A stretch of 39,284 bases of DNA from Wenzhouxiangella sp. (GCA_047921095.1 JBLRWT010000001.1:1-39284), one strand, 5' to 3'; counted from the first letter of the stretch, positions 27,670 through 36,584 are shown. The notes: a model not told the origin generated them from the letters alone. Numbers and translations: made by a program.

Positions 27670-29040
27670 ATGTTTGATCAACTAAGCAAGCGATTGACCG
27701 GTTCCCTGGATCGCCTCCGCGGTCGCGGGCGGCTGAGCGAGGACAATATCCGCGAGGCCATGCGCGAGGTTCGCGTGGCCTTGCTGGAAGCTGACGTGGC
27801 GTTGCCGGTGGTCAAGGACTTCATCGCCGAAACGACGCAGCGTGCGATCGGTCAGGAAGTGATTGGCAGCCTCAAGCCGGGCGAAGCGCTGGTCAAGGTC
27901 GTCCACGAGGAGCTCAAGCGCGTCCTCGGCGGCGACCAGGCGCCGCTCAAGCTGGACCAGGCGCCACCGGTCGTGATCCTGCTGGCCGGCCTCCAGGGCG
28001 CGGGCAAGACCACGACCGCGGGCAAGCTGGCCCGCCTGATCCGCGAACGGCACAAGAAAAAGGTGCTGCTCGCCAGTTGCGATATCTACCGGCCAGCCGC
28101 AATTGACCAGCTTGAAACCCTGGCAGGTCAGGCCGATGCCGCTTTCTTTCGTGCCGAGAGCACCGACAACGCCGTCCGTATCGCCGAGGAATCGCTGGAG
28201 CGGGCCAGGCGCAGCTTTGCCGATGTCCTGATACTTGACACTGCTGGCCGGCTGGCGGTCGACGAGGCGATGATGGACGAGATTCGCCGCGTTCACAAGG
28301 CCGTGGAGGCGACTGAAGTTCTGTTCGTTGTCGACAGCATGACCGGTCAGGACGCGGCCAACACGGCCCGCGCATTCCATGAGGCCCTGCCACTGACCGG
28401 CGTGGTGCTGACCAAGACCGATGGCGACGCCCGGGGCGGCGCTGCCCTGTCGGTGCGCCAGATCACCGGGGCGCCGATCAAGTTTCTTGGTACCGGTGAA
28501 AAGCTCGACGGCCTGGAGCCTTTTCATCCTGACCGGCTGGCATCGCGCATCCTCGGCATGGGTGATGTGCTCAGCCTGGTGGAAGAGGTCGAGCGCAAGG
28601 TCGACCAGAAACAGGCGCGCAAGCTGGCAGCCAAGGTCGGCAAAGGCTCACGTCGGTTCGGCATGGACGACCTGCGTGATCAACTCCAGCAGATGGAAAG
28701 CCTTGGCGGACTCGGCTCATTGATGGGCAAGTTGCCGGGGATGGGGCGTGTGCCGGAAGCAGCCAAGGCACAGATGGATGATCGTCAGACTCGCCGCATG
28801 ATCGCCATGGTCAATTCGATGACCCCCAATGAAAGGCGCTATCCCGACATCATCAAGGGTTCACGCAAACGGCGCATCGCCGCCGGTTCCGGTGTTCAGA
28901 TTCAGGATGTCAACCGCTTGATCAAGCAGCACAAGCAAATGCAGAAGATGATGAAGAAGGTCGGCAACAAGAGCTCGATGGCCAAGCTGATGAAACGGTT
29001 GCCGGGCGCCGGGGGTGGGGGCGGGTTCCCCGGTATGTAA
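27670..29040 (+). CDS. ffh: Signal recognition particle protein
   Basis: ALLEADV, GLQGAGKTT, DTAGR, TKTDGDARGG, Met-rich M domain. TATAAT at 27623-27628. Confidence 0.98.
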   Translation: MFDQLSKRLTGSLDRLRGRGRLSEDNIREAMREVRVALLEADVALPVVKDFIAETTQRAIGQEVIGSLKPGEALVKVVHEELKRVLGGDQAPLKLDQAPPVVILLAGLQGAGKTTTAGKLARLIRERHKKKVLLASCDIYRPAAIDQLETLAGQADAAFFRAESTDNAVRIAEESLERARRSFADVLILDTAGRLAVDEAMMDEIRRVHKAVEATEVLFVVDSMTGQDAANTARAFHEALPLTGVVLTKTDGDARGGAALSVRQITGAPIKFLGTGEKLDGLEPFHPDRLASRILGMGDVLSLVEEVERKVDQKQARKLAAKVGKGSRRFGMDDLRDQLQQMESLGGLGSLMGKLPGMGRVPEAAKAQMDDRQTRRMIAMVNSMTPNERRYPDIIKGSRKRRIAAGSGVQIQDVNRLIKQHKQMQKMMKKVGNKSSMAKLMKRLPGAGGGGGFPGM

Positions 29041-29083
29041 GAGCAGCGGGGCAGTCACGGCAGATTCAGGGCCTGCTGCCCTG

Positions 29084-31321
29084 CTACTGTTCGTCCTCGA
29101 GCAGACCGCGCTCGTTCAACAGGTGGGCGACATCGGGTTCGCGGCCGCGGAACGCTTCCCAGGATGCCATCGGTTCGCGCGCATTGCCCTGCGCCAGGAT
29201 TTCGGCTCGGAGTCTTACGGCCAGTTCACGATTCATCAGACCGGCCTGTTCGAAGGCGGCGAAGGCATCGGCAGCAAGCAGTTCTGACCACAGGCGGCGG
29301 TAGTCATGGCCGCCGCGGCCACCGGCAAACAGGCTTTCGTAGCCGTTGAAATGGTGCCGAGGCGACAGCAGGGCCGGCAGGTTCATTTCCCGCTTGACGC
29401 GCTCCTCCATGGCCTCAAGCCCGATATCATCGTCAGCCTGTAATTGGTGCCAGGCCAGGTCGATTCGGGTGGCGGCGACTTCCTCGAGGGTGCGCAGACC
29501 AGACAGTAGCCGTTGGCTTCGTTGCAAGGCCTGGATGCGGGTGTCGTCGATCAGCGCTCCGGTCTCGTAATGAAATGCATACAAGCGCAACACTTCGGGT
29601 TTGAGTGCCCAGCGCTGCAGCAGCAAGGCGGGAAACTCGACGAAATCCGCCGGGACCTGCGGACCGGAAAGTGATCGATACCGGACATCGGACAAAAGCG
29701 CATGCAGCGCGTGACCGAATTCGTGAAACAGTGTCTGGACCTCGTCGGGTCCGAGCAGGATGGGCCGGCCCGCCGCTGGTGGTGGGAAATTGGTGACGTT
29801 CGCAACGACGGCGCCGACGTGATCATCGTCGCTGCGATGCTGGTTGCGATAACTCGACATCCAGGCACCCCCGGCCTTCTCTTCGCGGTGCGGATAATCC
29901 AGGTAGAGAACACCAAGGTCAGCGCCTTCGGCATCACGGACTGCGAAGCCCTGGACCTGGGGATCCCATATCGGCAGGTCGCCGCGTTCATGGAACGAGA
30001 TTCCCCAGAGCCGGTTGGCCAGGGCAAATGCCCCGTCCCGTACTGGCTCGAGCGCAAACCACTCACGAATATCCGATTCGTTCAGGCCGAGTTCCAGCTC
30101 ATGCAGTCGTTCGGCGTAGTACCACCAATCCCACGGCTGCGGCTGGTCTTCGATGCCATCGGCCGCCATGACCGCCTCGATGGCTTCGAGTTCGTCATCG
30201 GCTGTCTTGCGAGCAGCGTCCTGGACCTGGTCCAGCAATTGCGTGAGCCTGTCCGCGGTACCGATGGTGCTGTCGTCGAGCACGAAGTCCAGATGGTGAC
30301 GGTAGTCGAGCAAGGCGGCCCGCTCGGCACGAAGTCTGACGATCCGTCGGACCAGATCTCCATTGTCGCGGGTTTGCCCGTAACGCATGCCGCGGGCCCG
30401 GCGTTGCCAGGCCTGGTAGAGGGTCTTGCGCAGCGCCCGTTCCTCGCTGTGACGAAGAAACGGAAACAGGCTGTGGCTGTTGAGGGTAAACACCCAGCCC
30501 TCGGTGTGGCCGCGGTCGATGGCGTCTCGAGCGGCGCGCGCGATGACGGTTTCGGGCAGGCCCGCCAGCCGGTCGGAATCTTCGATATGCAACTCGAAAC
30601 GCTGGGTCTCATGGTGAAGGTTCGCCCGAAACAGGGTGGCCAGTTCGGCCAGCTCCTGATTGATGGCACCCAGCCGCGACTGATCCTCGGCCGTCAACCC
30701 GGCCCCGGCTCCGAGCATGCTGCGACGGGTTTCATCGAGCAGACGTCGCTGCTCCGCCTCAGCCAGGCGATCACGATCTGAAGCCACGGCTTCAACCCGG
30801 TCGAACAGGGCGCCGTTCGTGCGTACGAAATCGATGTGGACGGCCAGTCGGCTTGAAAATTGCCGGGCCAGTTCGTGCCACTCCGGCTCCTGGCGTACCT
30901 GGATCAGGCCGAACAGGGTGTTGGCGATTCGCGACAGGTCGGCCCCGGCAAGCTCCAGGGCTTCGATGGTGTTACTGAAGCTGGCTGGATCCGGGTGGTC
31001 GACAATGGCTTCGACCTGGGCGCGATTGTCGTCAATGGCGGCATCGAGCGCGGGCAGGAAGTGTTCTCGTTCGATGCTGTGAAACGGCGGGGTGGCGAAC
31101 GGTGTCAGGTAGGTGTCCAGCAGGGGATTGTCCGCCTGTCTTTCGCGCAGGTCCTCGCGCCAGTCGTCTGCTTCAGTCGTTCGCGGTGGTTCTGGTTCAG
31201 CTGGTTCCTCGGCGGGCTGGCAGGCGCTGATGGCAAGGATGGCCGGCAGCAGACAAAATGCCAGGATGCGGGAGAGTGAAACCCAATGACGTTGTTTCAG
31301 GTTCAATCTTGGTCTATCCAT
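29084..31321 (-). CDS. M3A (peptidyl-dipeptidase Dcp-like) lipoprotein with degenerate C-terminal catalytic motif
   Basis: Lipobox ISAC, NPLL, KAGGAWMS, TLFHEFGHALH and DFVEFP are present. The FxHIF...YxAGYYxY motif is replaced by YESLF...RGGHDYRR. Confidence 0.9.
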   Translation of the reverse strand: MDRPRLNLKQRHWVSLSRILAFCLLPAILAISACQPAEEPAEPEPPRTTEADDWREDLRERQADNPLLDTYLTPFATPPFHSIEREHFLPALDAAIDDNRAQVEAIVDHPDPASFSNTIEALELAGADLSRIANTLFGLIQVRQEPEWHELARQFSSRLAVHIDFVRTNGALFDRVEAVASDRDRLAEAEQRRLLDETRRSMLGAGAGLTAEDQSRLGAINQELAELATLFRANLHHETQRFELHIEDSDRLAGLPETVIARAARDAIDRGHTEGWVFTLNSHSLFPFLRHSEERALRKTLYQAWQRRARGMRYGQTRDNGDLVRRIVRLRAERAALLDYRHHLDFVLDDSTIGTADRLTQLLDQVQDAARKTADDELEAIEAVMAADGIEDQPQPWDWWYYAERLHELELGLNESDIREWFALEPVRDGAFALANRLWGISFHERGDLPIWDPQVQGFAVRDAEGADLGVLYLDYPHREEKAGGAWMSSYRNQHRSDDDHVGAVVANVTNFPPPAAGRPILLGPDEVQTLFHEFGHALHALLSDVRYRSLSGPQVPADFVEFPALLLQRWALKPEVLRLYAFHYETGALIDDTRIQALQRSQRLLSGLRTLEEVAATRIDLAWHQLQADDDIGLEAMEERVKREMNLPALLSPRHHFNGYESLFAGGRGGHDYRRLWSELLAADAFAAFEQAGLMNRELAVRLRAEILAQGNAREPMASWEAFRGREPDVAHLLNERGLLEDEQ

Positions 31322-31421
31322 GTGGACTGATGATATCGCATTGTCCCAGGTTGCCTTTGTTGGAAAGGCGGTATCGGGTACTCTGGAGGCCGATCATTTC
31401 AAGTTGCGGAGCACCAAGCGC

Positions 31422-32330
31422 ATGAGTATTGACAGTTTGCTGGTTTTTGGCGCCACCGGTACCCAGGGCCACCCGGTCGTGGATGCTGCGCTGGAGGCAG
31501 GCTTGCGGGTCCGGGCCGCAACACGCGCTCCCGATGATGCCGCCGAGAAACTTTCTTCGCGGGTCGAGATCGTCGAGGCAGATCTTGCCGATGCGGGTGC
31601 TGTCAACGATGCCATGGAGGGTGTGGACGCCGTGTTCTTTCACCTGCCGATCCTGCCGGACGCAGCCATGGCCCCGGCGATCATTGACAACGTGATCAAT
31701 GCGGCCGAGCAGGCCGGCATAAAGCGTCTGATTTTCACCACCGGCGGCTACTGTGGTGACGACATGCCTGCTGGAGATTTTGTCAGCGGCATGCGCATGG
31801 TCAGCCAGGCATTTCTGAACAGCCGGGTCGATACCGTCGTCCTTCGTCCGACCCTGTATCTGGCCAACCTGGTCTGGCCCCACATCATTCGGGAGATCCG
31901 TGACTATGGGCGTCTGAGTTACCCGCCGCTCAGCACAAGGCGTCGTTTGAACTGGACCTCGACCGAAGATCAAGGTCAGATCGCCGTGGCCTGCTTGACG
32001 GCCGACGTGGTCGGCGAGGTGGTCGACATCGCCAGCCCCGAGCCGTTGACCGGCCCGGAGCTGTGCCGCCTGCTGGCGAGTGTTTACGGACGCGAAGTGC
32101 ACTTTGCGCCGCAGTCCATCGACGACTTTGCCGATACCCTGAGTCACATGTCAGGCAGTGCCCAGGTCGGGCGCGCATTGTCGGCACTGTATGCGGGCAT
32201 CGACCAGTTGCCGGGAGATGGTCCGCTGGTGGATACCGATCGTCTCGAACAGCGGCTGGGTATCAGGCTGACACCGGTCAGCGAGTGGGTGGATGAGCGC
32301 CTTGGCGCGCTGCTCGAACTCTACGGGTAG
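31422..32330 (+). CDS. NmrA-like NAD(P)-binding protein (atypical SDR)
   Basis: LVFGATGTQG, VRAATR, VVLRPTLYLAN. Confidence 0.88.
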   Translation: MSIDSLLVFGATGTQGHPVVDAALEAGLRVRAATRAPDDAAEKLSSRVEIVEADLADAGAVNDAMEGVDAVFFHLPILPDAAMAPAIIDNVINAAEQAGIKRLIFTTGGYCGDDMPAGDFVSGMRMVSQAFLNSRVDTVVLRPTLYLANLVWPHIIREIRDYGRLSYPPLSTRRRLNWTSTEDQGQIAVACLTADVVGEVVDIASPEPLTGPELCRLLASVYGREVHFAPQSIDDFADTLSHMSGSAQVGRALSALYAGIDQLPGDGPLVDTDRLEQRLGIRLTPVSEWVDERLGALLELYG

Positions 32331-32342
32331 CGTTGCAGGCAC

Positions 32343-32795
32343 TCAGGACACGACAATAACGGGGCACCTGGCGTGGCGGACGACCTTGTCACTGACGCTA
32401 CCCAGCAAGAGCGCCTGGATACGGCTTTGTCCGCGTCGTCCCATGATCAGCATGGGCCGGTCGCATTCGTCGAGGTAGCGCAACAAGGCCTCTGCTGGAT
32501 CGCCGCCCAGGAGTACCGGCTCGATCTCGACCTGGCGTTCGCCGACACGCGACAGCGTCTGGTCAAGCAGGCGAGCGCCCAGTTCGTACTCGGGCATCCC
32601 GTCGGCGGCCTGCTCGATCCTGGCCAGATCCACCTGGCGCACGCCGGAGACATGCAGGTCGCGGCCGGCCGCCACGTGAACCAGCCTGACAGGTAATCTC
32701 AACGCCTCGGCCATCGCCAGACCATAGTCCACGGCTCGCCCGGCATTGCCGGCCTCGTCGACGGCGATTACCACGGAAGTTCGCAGAAAGTCCAT
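32343..32795 (-). CDS. Universal stress protein
   Basis: VIAVD, LVHV, GDPAEAL, IMGRRG, LLGSVSDKVVRHARCPVIVV. Confidence 0.93.
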   Translation of the reverse strand: MDFLRTSVVIAVDEAGNAGRAVDYGLAMAEALRLPVRLVHVAAGRDLHVSGVRQVDLARIEQAADGMPEYELGARLLDQTLSRVGERQVEIEPVLLGGDPAEALLRYLDECDRPMLIMGRRGQSRIQALLLGSVSDKVVRHARCPVIVVS

Positions 32796-32822
32796 AATCA
32801 CCCCACGTTAAATCACCCCACG
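32796..32822. repeat. 12-bp direct repeat in the USP leader
   Basis: AATCACCCCACG at 32796-32807 and 32811-32822. Confidence 0.85.
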
Positions 32823-32832
32823 GTTTCGAACC

Positions 32833-32874
32833 ACCTTATCAACTGAAGCGGCCTGTCGCCTTGCGCAGGATCAA
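32833..32874 (-). promoter_or_regulatory. FNR/Anr-type class II promoter of USP
   Basis: TTGAT-CCTG-CGCAA (minus strand, 32874-32861), 22-nt gap, then -10 TAAGGT (32838-32833). Confidence 0.65.
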
Positions 32875-32997
32875 AATGCCGCGATCAGATTGGCCCCGAT
32901 CCAGGCTCGCACGAAGGCTGCCGGCTACCGGCCGGGTGATTGGCTACGTTACAATGTGCGGCTTTGTTTTTCTTCATTTTCACCAAGGACCCAAACC

Positions 32998-34452
32998 ATG
33001 AGTGGCGAGATTGACATTCGAGCGGCCCAGCGCCCCGAAGCTGATTCCCTGTTGCAGCAGATTGCCGACTACGTCTGCGATACCGAGATTGAATCCGGAG
33101 AAGCCTGGAAGACTGCTCATTACTGCCTGAAGGACTCTCTGGCCTGTGGTCTGCTGGCTCTGAGGTTTCCCGAGTGCGTCAAGTTGCTCGGACCAGTCGT
33201 TCCGGGACTCTCGCTGGAAAATGGTGCCCGTGTGCCCGGCACCTCCCATCGCCTCGATCCGGTGCAGGCGGCCTTCAATATCGGGGTTCTGGTCCGCTAT
33301 CTCGATTTCAATGACACCTGGCTGGCGGCCGAGTGGGGTCATCCGTCCGACAACCTGGGCGCCATTCTGGCAGTGGCCGACTACGTGTCACGCACCAACC
33401 GCGCCGCCGGTCGTGAAGAACTGAGCGTGGCCGATGTACTGCAAGCCATGATCAAGGCGCACGAAATCCAGGGCGTGCTGGCGCTGAAGAACTCGTTCAA
33501 CCGGGTCGGTCTGGATCACGTCCTCCTGGTGCGCGTGGCTTCCACGGCCGTCATCACTCATATGCTGGGTGGCACGCGAGATGATGTCATCAACGCACTC
33601 AGCCAGGCCTGGATCGATGGCGGCGCGCTTCGCACCTATCGGCATGCTCCCAATACCGGCCCGCGCAAGAGTTGGGCGGCAGGGGACGCCTGTCGCCGGG
33701 CGGTTCAACTGGCCTTGTTGACCATGAAGGGCGAGATCGGCTATCCGTCGGCGCTGACGGCCAAGGGCTGGGGCTTCCAGGACGTGCTGTTCAAGGGCCA
33801 GGAACTGGTGCTGGAGCGCGGGCTGGAAAGCTACGTGATGGAAAATATTCTGTTCAAGATCGCCTTCCCGGCCGAGTTTCACGCCCAGACCGCGGTCGAA
33901 TGCGCGCTGAAGCTGCACGGCGAGGTCAGGGATCGCCTGGATCAGATCGAACGCATCGAACTGGAAACCCAGGAAGCGGCGGTTCGGATCATCGACAAGA
34001 CCGGCCCGCTCGACAACTATGCCGATCGCGATCATTGCCTGCAGTACATGGTGGCCATTCCCCTGATCTTCGGCGAGTTGACTGCCGATTCCTACGCAGA
34101 TGGCGTGGCTGCGGACCCGCGCATCGATGCGCTCCGCTCGACCATGACCGTCAAGGAAAATCCGCGGTTCACCGAAGAGTATTTCGACGCCGACAAGCGG
34201 GCCATCGGCAACTCGATCCAGGTCTTTTTCAAGGACGGCTCCAGCACCGACAAGGTATCGATCGACTACCCGGTTGGTCATCGCCGCCGCCGCGCCGAAG
34301 GTATCCCGCTGCTGGAAGATAAATTCGAGCGCGCTGTTCGCGGCCAACTGTCCGCCCGCCAGGCCGCCGCAATCATCGAAAGCTGTGCAGATGCCGAGTC
34401 ACTGGCTCGCCTGAGCGTGCCGGATTTCACCCGATTGTGGGCGCTGGAGTGA
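32998..34452 (+). CDS. prpD: 2-methylcitrate dehydratase
   Basis: LDFNDTWLAAEWGHPSDN, YRHAPNTGPRKSWAAGDA, FPAEFHAQTA, DRDHCLQY, GHRRRR. Confidence 0.96.
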   Translation: MSGEIDIRAAQRPEADSLLQQIADYVCDTEIESGEAWKTAHYCLKDSLACGLLALRFPECVKLLGPVVPGLSLENGARVPGTSHRLDPVQAAFNIGVLVRYLDFNDTWLAAEWGHPSDNLGAILAVADYVSRTNRAAGREELSVADVLQAMIKAHEIQGVLALKNSFNRVGLDHVLLVRVASTAVITHMLGGTRDDVINALSQAWIDGGALRTYRHAPNTGPRKSWAAGDACRRAVQLALLTMKGEIGYPSALTAKGWGFQDVLFKGQELVLERGLESYVMENILFKIAFPAEFHAQTAVECALKLHGEVRDRLDQIERIELETQEAAVRIIDKTGPLDNYADRDHCLQYMVAIPLIFGELTADSYADGVAADPRIDALRSTMTVKENPRFTEEYFDADKRAIGNSIQVFFKDGSSTDKVSIDYPVGHRRRRAEGIPLLEDKFERAVRGQLSARQAAAIIESCADAESLARLSVPDFTRLWALE

Positions 34453-34561
34453 TGCCGGTTGTTCGCCTGAGGCATGAAATTCAGCCGGTCAGGGAAATGA
34501 GCAGAATCGTGTCGGGAGACCTATAATGGGCAATCAGTGTTCAGGATTTGTCAGGTAAGCC

Positions 34562-34957
34562 ATGTCAGACGACGACAAGGACCCATTCGAAACATTCTCG
34601 TCACACACCCTCAAGCGGGCCGAAGAGATGTGCTCCGGGCTCAGCTCGGGGCTATCGCTCGACCGACGGGGCCAGTCGAGCTTCTACCAGGGAGCGATCA
34701 CCGATCTTGATGACACTCGTCGACGCACCATTCCGGTGACTGTTGTCGAGACCGAGGGTCGATCCTGGTTTACGCTGATCATGGGCGAGGCCTTGAGCTC
34801 CTGCAAAAATGCATTGCTGGTCTATCGTACGCCGCCGTCGAAAGACATGAAATACGTCGGTCGCCACGAAGCCGCCGAGCCCGGCAAACGTGGCGAAGAT
34901 GACCGCGGTCGCTTCGTCACCCGATTCGAAATCCTGCGCGACGCCAGCAAGGGCTAA
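34562..34957 (+). CDS. Hypothetical protein
   Basis: 131-aa ORF filling the gap, with TATAAT at 34522-34527 upstream. No family recognised. Confidence 0.7.
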   Translation: MSDDDKDPFETFSSHTLKRAEEMCSGLSSGLSLDRRGQSSFYQGAITDLDDTRRRTIPVTVVETEGRSWFTLIMGEALSSCKNALLVYRTPPSKDMKYVGRHEAAEPGKRGEDDRGRFVTRFEILRDASKG

Positions 34958-35002
34958 AGATAAAAAGACTGAACTCAAGGGCTAAAGTCAGAAGCCTGAA
35001 TT
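34948..35002. repeat. Imperfect ~28-bp tandem duplication built from degenerate heptamers
   Basis: CAAGGGCTAAAGataaAAGaCTGAAcT followed by CAAGGGCTAAAGtcagAAGcCTGAAtT. Confidence 0.7.
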
Positions 35003-35003
35003 C

Positions 35004-35093
35004 AAAAGATTGAACCACAGAGAGCACAGAGGACACAGAGAAAACAAGAATTACTGCTCTGTGAACTCTGTGCCCTCTGTGGTTCAATCTTTT
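35004..35093. repeat. 37-bp inverted repeat with three CACAGAG units per arm
   Basis: Arms 35004-35040 and 35057-35093 match at 34 of 37 positions, with a 16-nt loop and a following T-run. Confidence 0.9.
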
Positions 35094-35237
35094 TTCCGCG
35101 ACAGCGAGCCTGGTACGGACCTGGCCCCTTTGGGAGCAAATCACAAAAGATGGTCGAATGTAACGCATGATAGGGAAAGCCTTTTTCATTTGAGGCAGAA
35201 TAAGGGGGCACTTGTGGGAAAAATGTTGGAGTTCACC

Positions 35238-35543
35238 ATGTCAAACAACCAAATCGTACTTTGCTTGAAAGTCCTGTCTGCAGCAGCATTGCTGGCTGTC
35301 ATGACTGCCTGCGCAACGCCGGCCCAGGTCACCGAGGCCCAGACCGAGACCCGGCAGATAGCCCAGTCAGCTCAGTCGGCCGCGGATGAGGCGAACCGGG
35401 CTGCCAGTGAGGCCATGCAGGTTGCGCGTGAGGCGATCGAGATCGCCCGGGCCGCACAGCAGTCGGCCGATACGGCACAACGTTGCTGCACCGATCTGGA
35501 GCAACGCCTGGATCAGGCCATGGAACGGCTACAGGCGAAGTAA
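35238..35543 (+). CDS. Lpp/OprI-like alanine-zipper lipoprotein
   Basis: GGAG RBS, lipobox MTAC, Ala-rich coiled coil, C-terminal Lys (RLQAK). Confidence 0.85.
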   Translation: MSNNQIVLCLKVLSAAALLAVMTACATPAQVTEAQTETRQIAQSAQSAADEANRAASEAMQVAREAIEIARAAQQSADTAQRCCTDLEQRLDQAMERLQAK

Positions 35544-35547
35544 GGCC

Positions 35548-36468
35548 CTACCGCGCTGACGCGGTAATCACGGCCGGAATACCGTCGGCTGCACTGGCAG
35601 CCGAAGCGACCCGTTCAGGGTCGATCGGTTGGCTGTGCGCATGGTTTGCAATCCAGGCATCAATCCTGTCCATGACCATGCCCGGGTCAGGCGCTTCGCC
35701 ATCGGCACCGGCGTGGACCTCCAGGTAGAGCAGGCCATCCCGATAACCCAGCTTGATCGCCTGGTCGACAAAATGCACGGGTGTCCCCAGGGGCACAGTC
35801 TCGACCAGCCCCTTGATATGTTCAGGGTAGAGTCGTACGCACCCCTGGCTTACGCGCATGCCCACACCGTCGGGCCGATTGGTGCCATGAATCAGGTAAC
35901 CGGGCATGTCCAGCACGAGGACATGCTCTCCGAGTGGATTGTCCGGGCCGGGCGGGATCACCGACGCCAGCGGAATACCACGTGAGGCGTAGTCGGCGCG
36001 GACACCCTCGGTCGGATACCATGCCGGCCGATCCAGTTTCGTGACGACGCGGGTCTGGCCGCTGGCCGGGGTGGCACGCCCGTCGCGTCCGATGCCAATC
36101 GGGTGGGTCAGAACCCTTGGCTGGCCGCTGTCAGGATCGTCGAAATAGTAGTAGAGGCGTTTTTCGGCGCGGTTGATCACGATTCCATCGCGCGGACCGG
36201 CGGGCAGTACGTGCAGGGAAGGGATCAACACTCGCGTACCCTCGCCGGGGACCCAGATATCGACCTCGGGATTGGCCCGCCGGATCTCGCGGTGGCCCAT
36301 GTTTTGCCAGCGGGCGATATCCATCAGCGTATCGCTGCGCCGGGCGTACTCGTACTGGAGTTCTCCGATGACCTGCGTGTCCGGCCCATCGACCACGTGG
36401 CCTGTGGGCCACGGGACAGCCGCGGACAGGCTCAACATCAGGGTCAGTGCAATCGTGTAAGGGATCAT
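35548..36468 (-). CDS. L,D-transpeptidase (ErfK/YcfS/YnhG family)
   Basis: Signal peptide, LysM-like ANPEVDIWVP, IVINRAEKRLYY, PGPDNPLG, catalytic IHGTN...VSQGCVRL. Confidence 0.95.
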   Translation of the reverse strand: MIPYTIALTLMLSLSAAVPWPTGHVVDGPDTQVIGELQYEYARRSDTLMDIARWQNMGHREIRRANPEVDIWVPGEGTRVLIPSLHVLPAGPRDGIVINRAEKRLYYYFDDPDSGQPRVLTHPIGIGRDGRATPASGQTRVVTKLDRPAWYPTEGVRADYASRGIPLASVIPPGPDNPLGEHVLVLDMPGYLIHGTNRPDGVGMRVSQGCVRLYPEHIKGLVETVPLGTPVHFVDQAIKLGYRDGLLYLEVHAGADGEAPDPGMVMDRIDAWIANHAHSQPIDPERVASAASAADGIPAVITASAR

Positions 36469-36584
36469 GAGGTGATTGTGTGACCGATGCTCTGGCCGTA
36501 AGTTCTAATGCAGGACAGACCCCAGCCATGGTAGTTTGTAGTCGGCGGACTGGTTTGTAACCTGGTTGATGGTGGAGGCTTGAC

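Noticed and set aside
29005-29030. G-rich run at the ffh 3' end as a phase-variable tract or G-quadruplex
   Set aside because: It encodes the ordinary Gly-rich tail of Ffh and the runs are interrupted.
34917-35211. Small ORFs with HRGHR or SVSSVLSVV repeats
   Set aside because: Translations of the CACAGAG inverted repeat, not genes.
35830-35890. SQGC instead of SHGC in the L,D-transpeptidase as a sign of inactivation
   Set aside because: The catalytic His (HGT) and Cys are present, and SQGC/SSGC variants occur in active ErfK-family enzymes.
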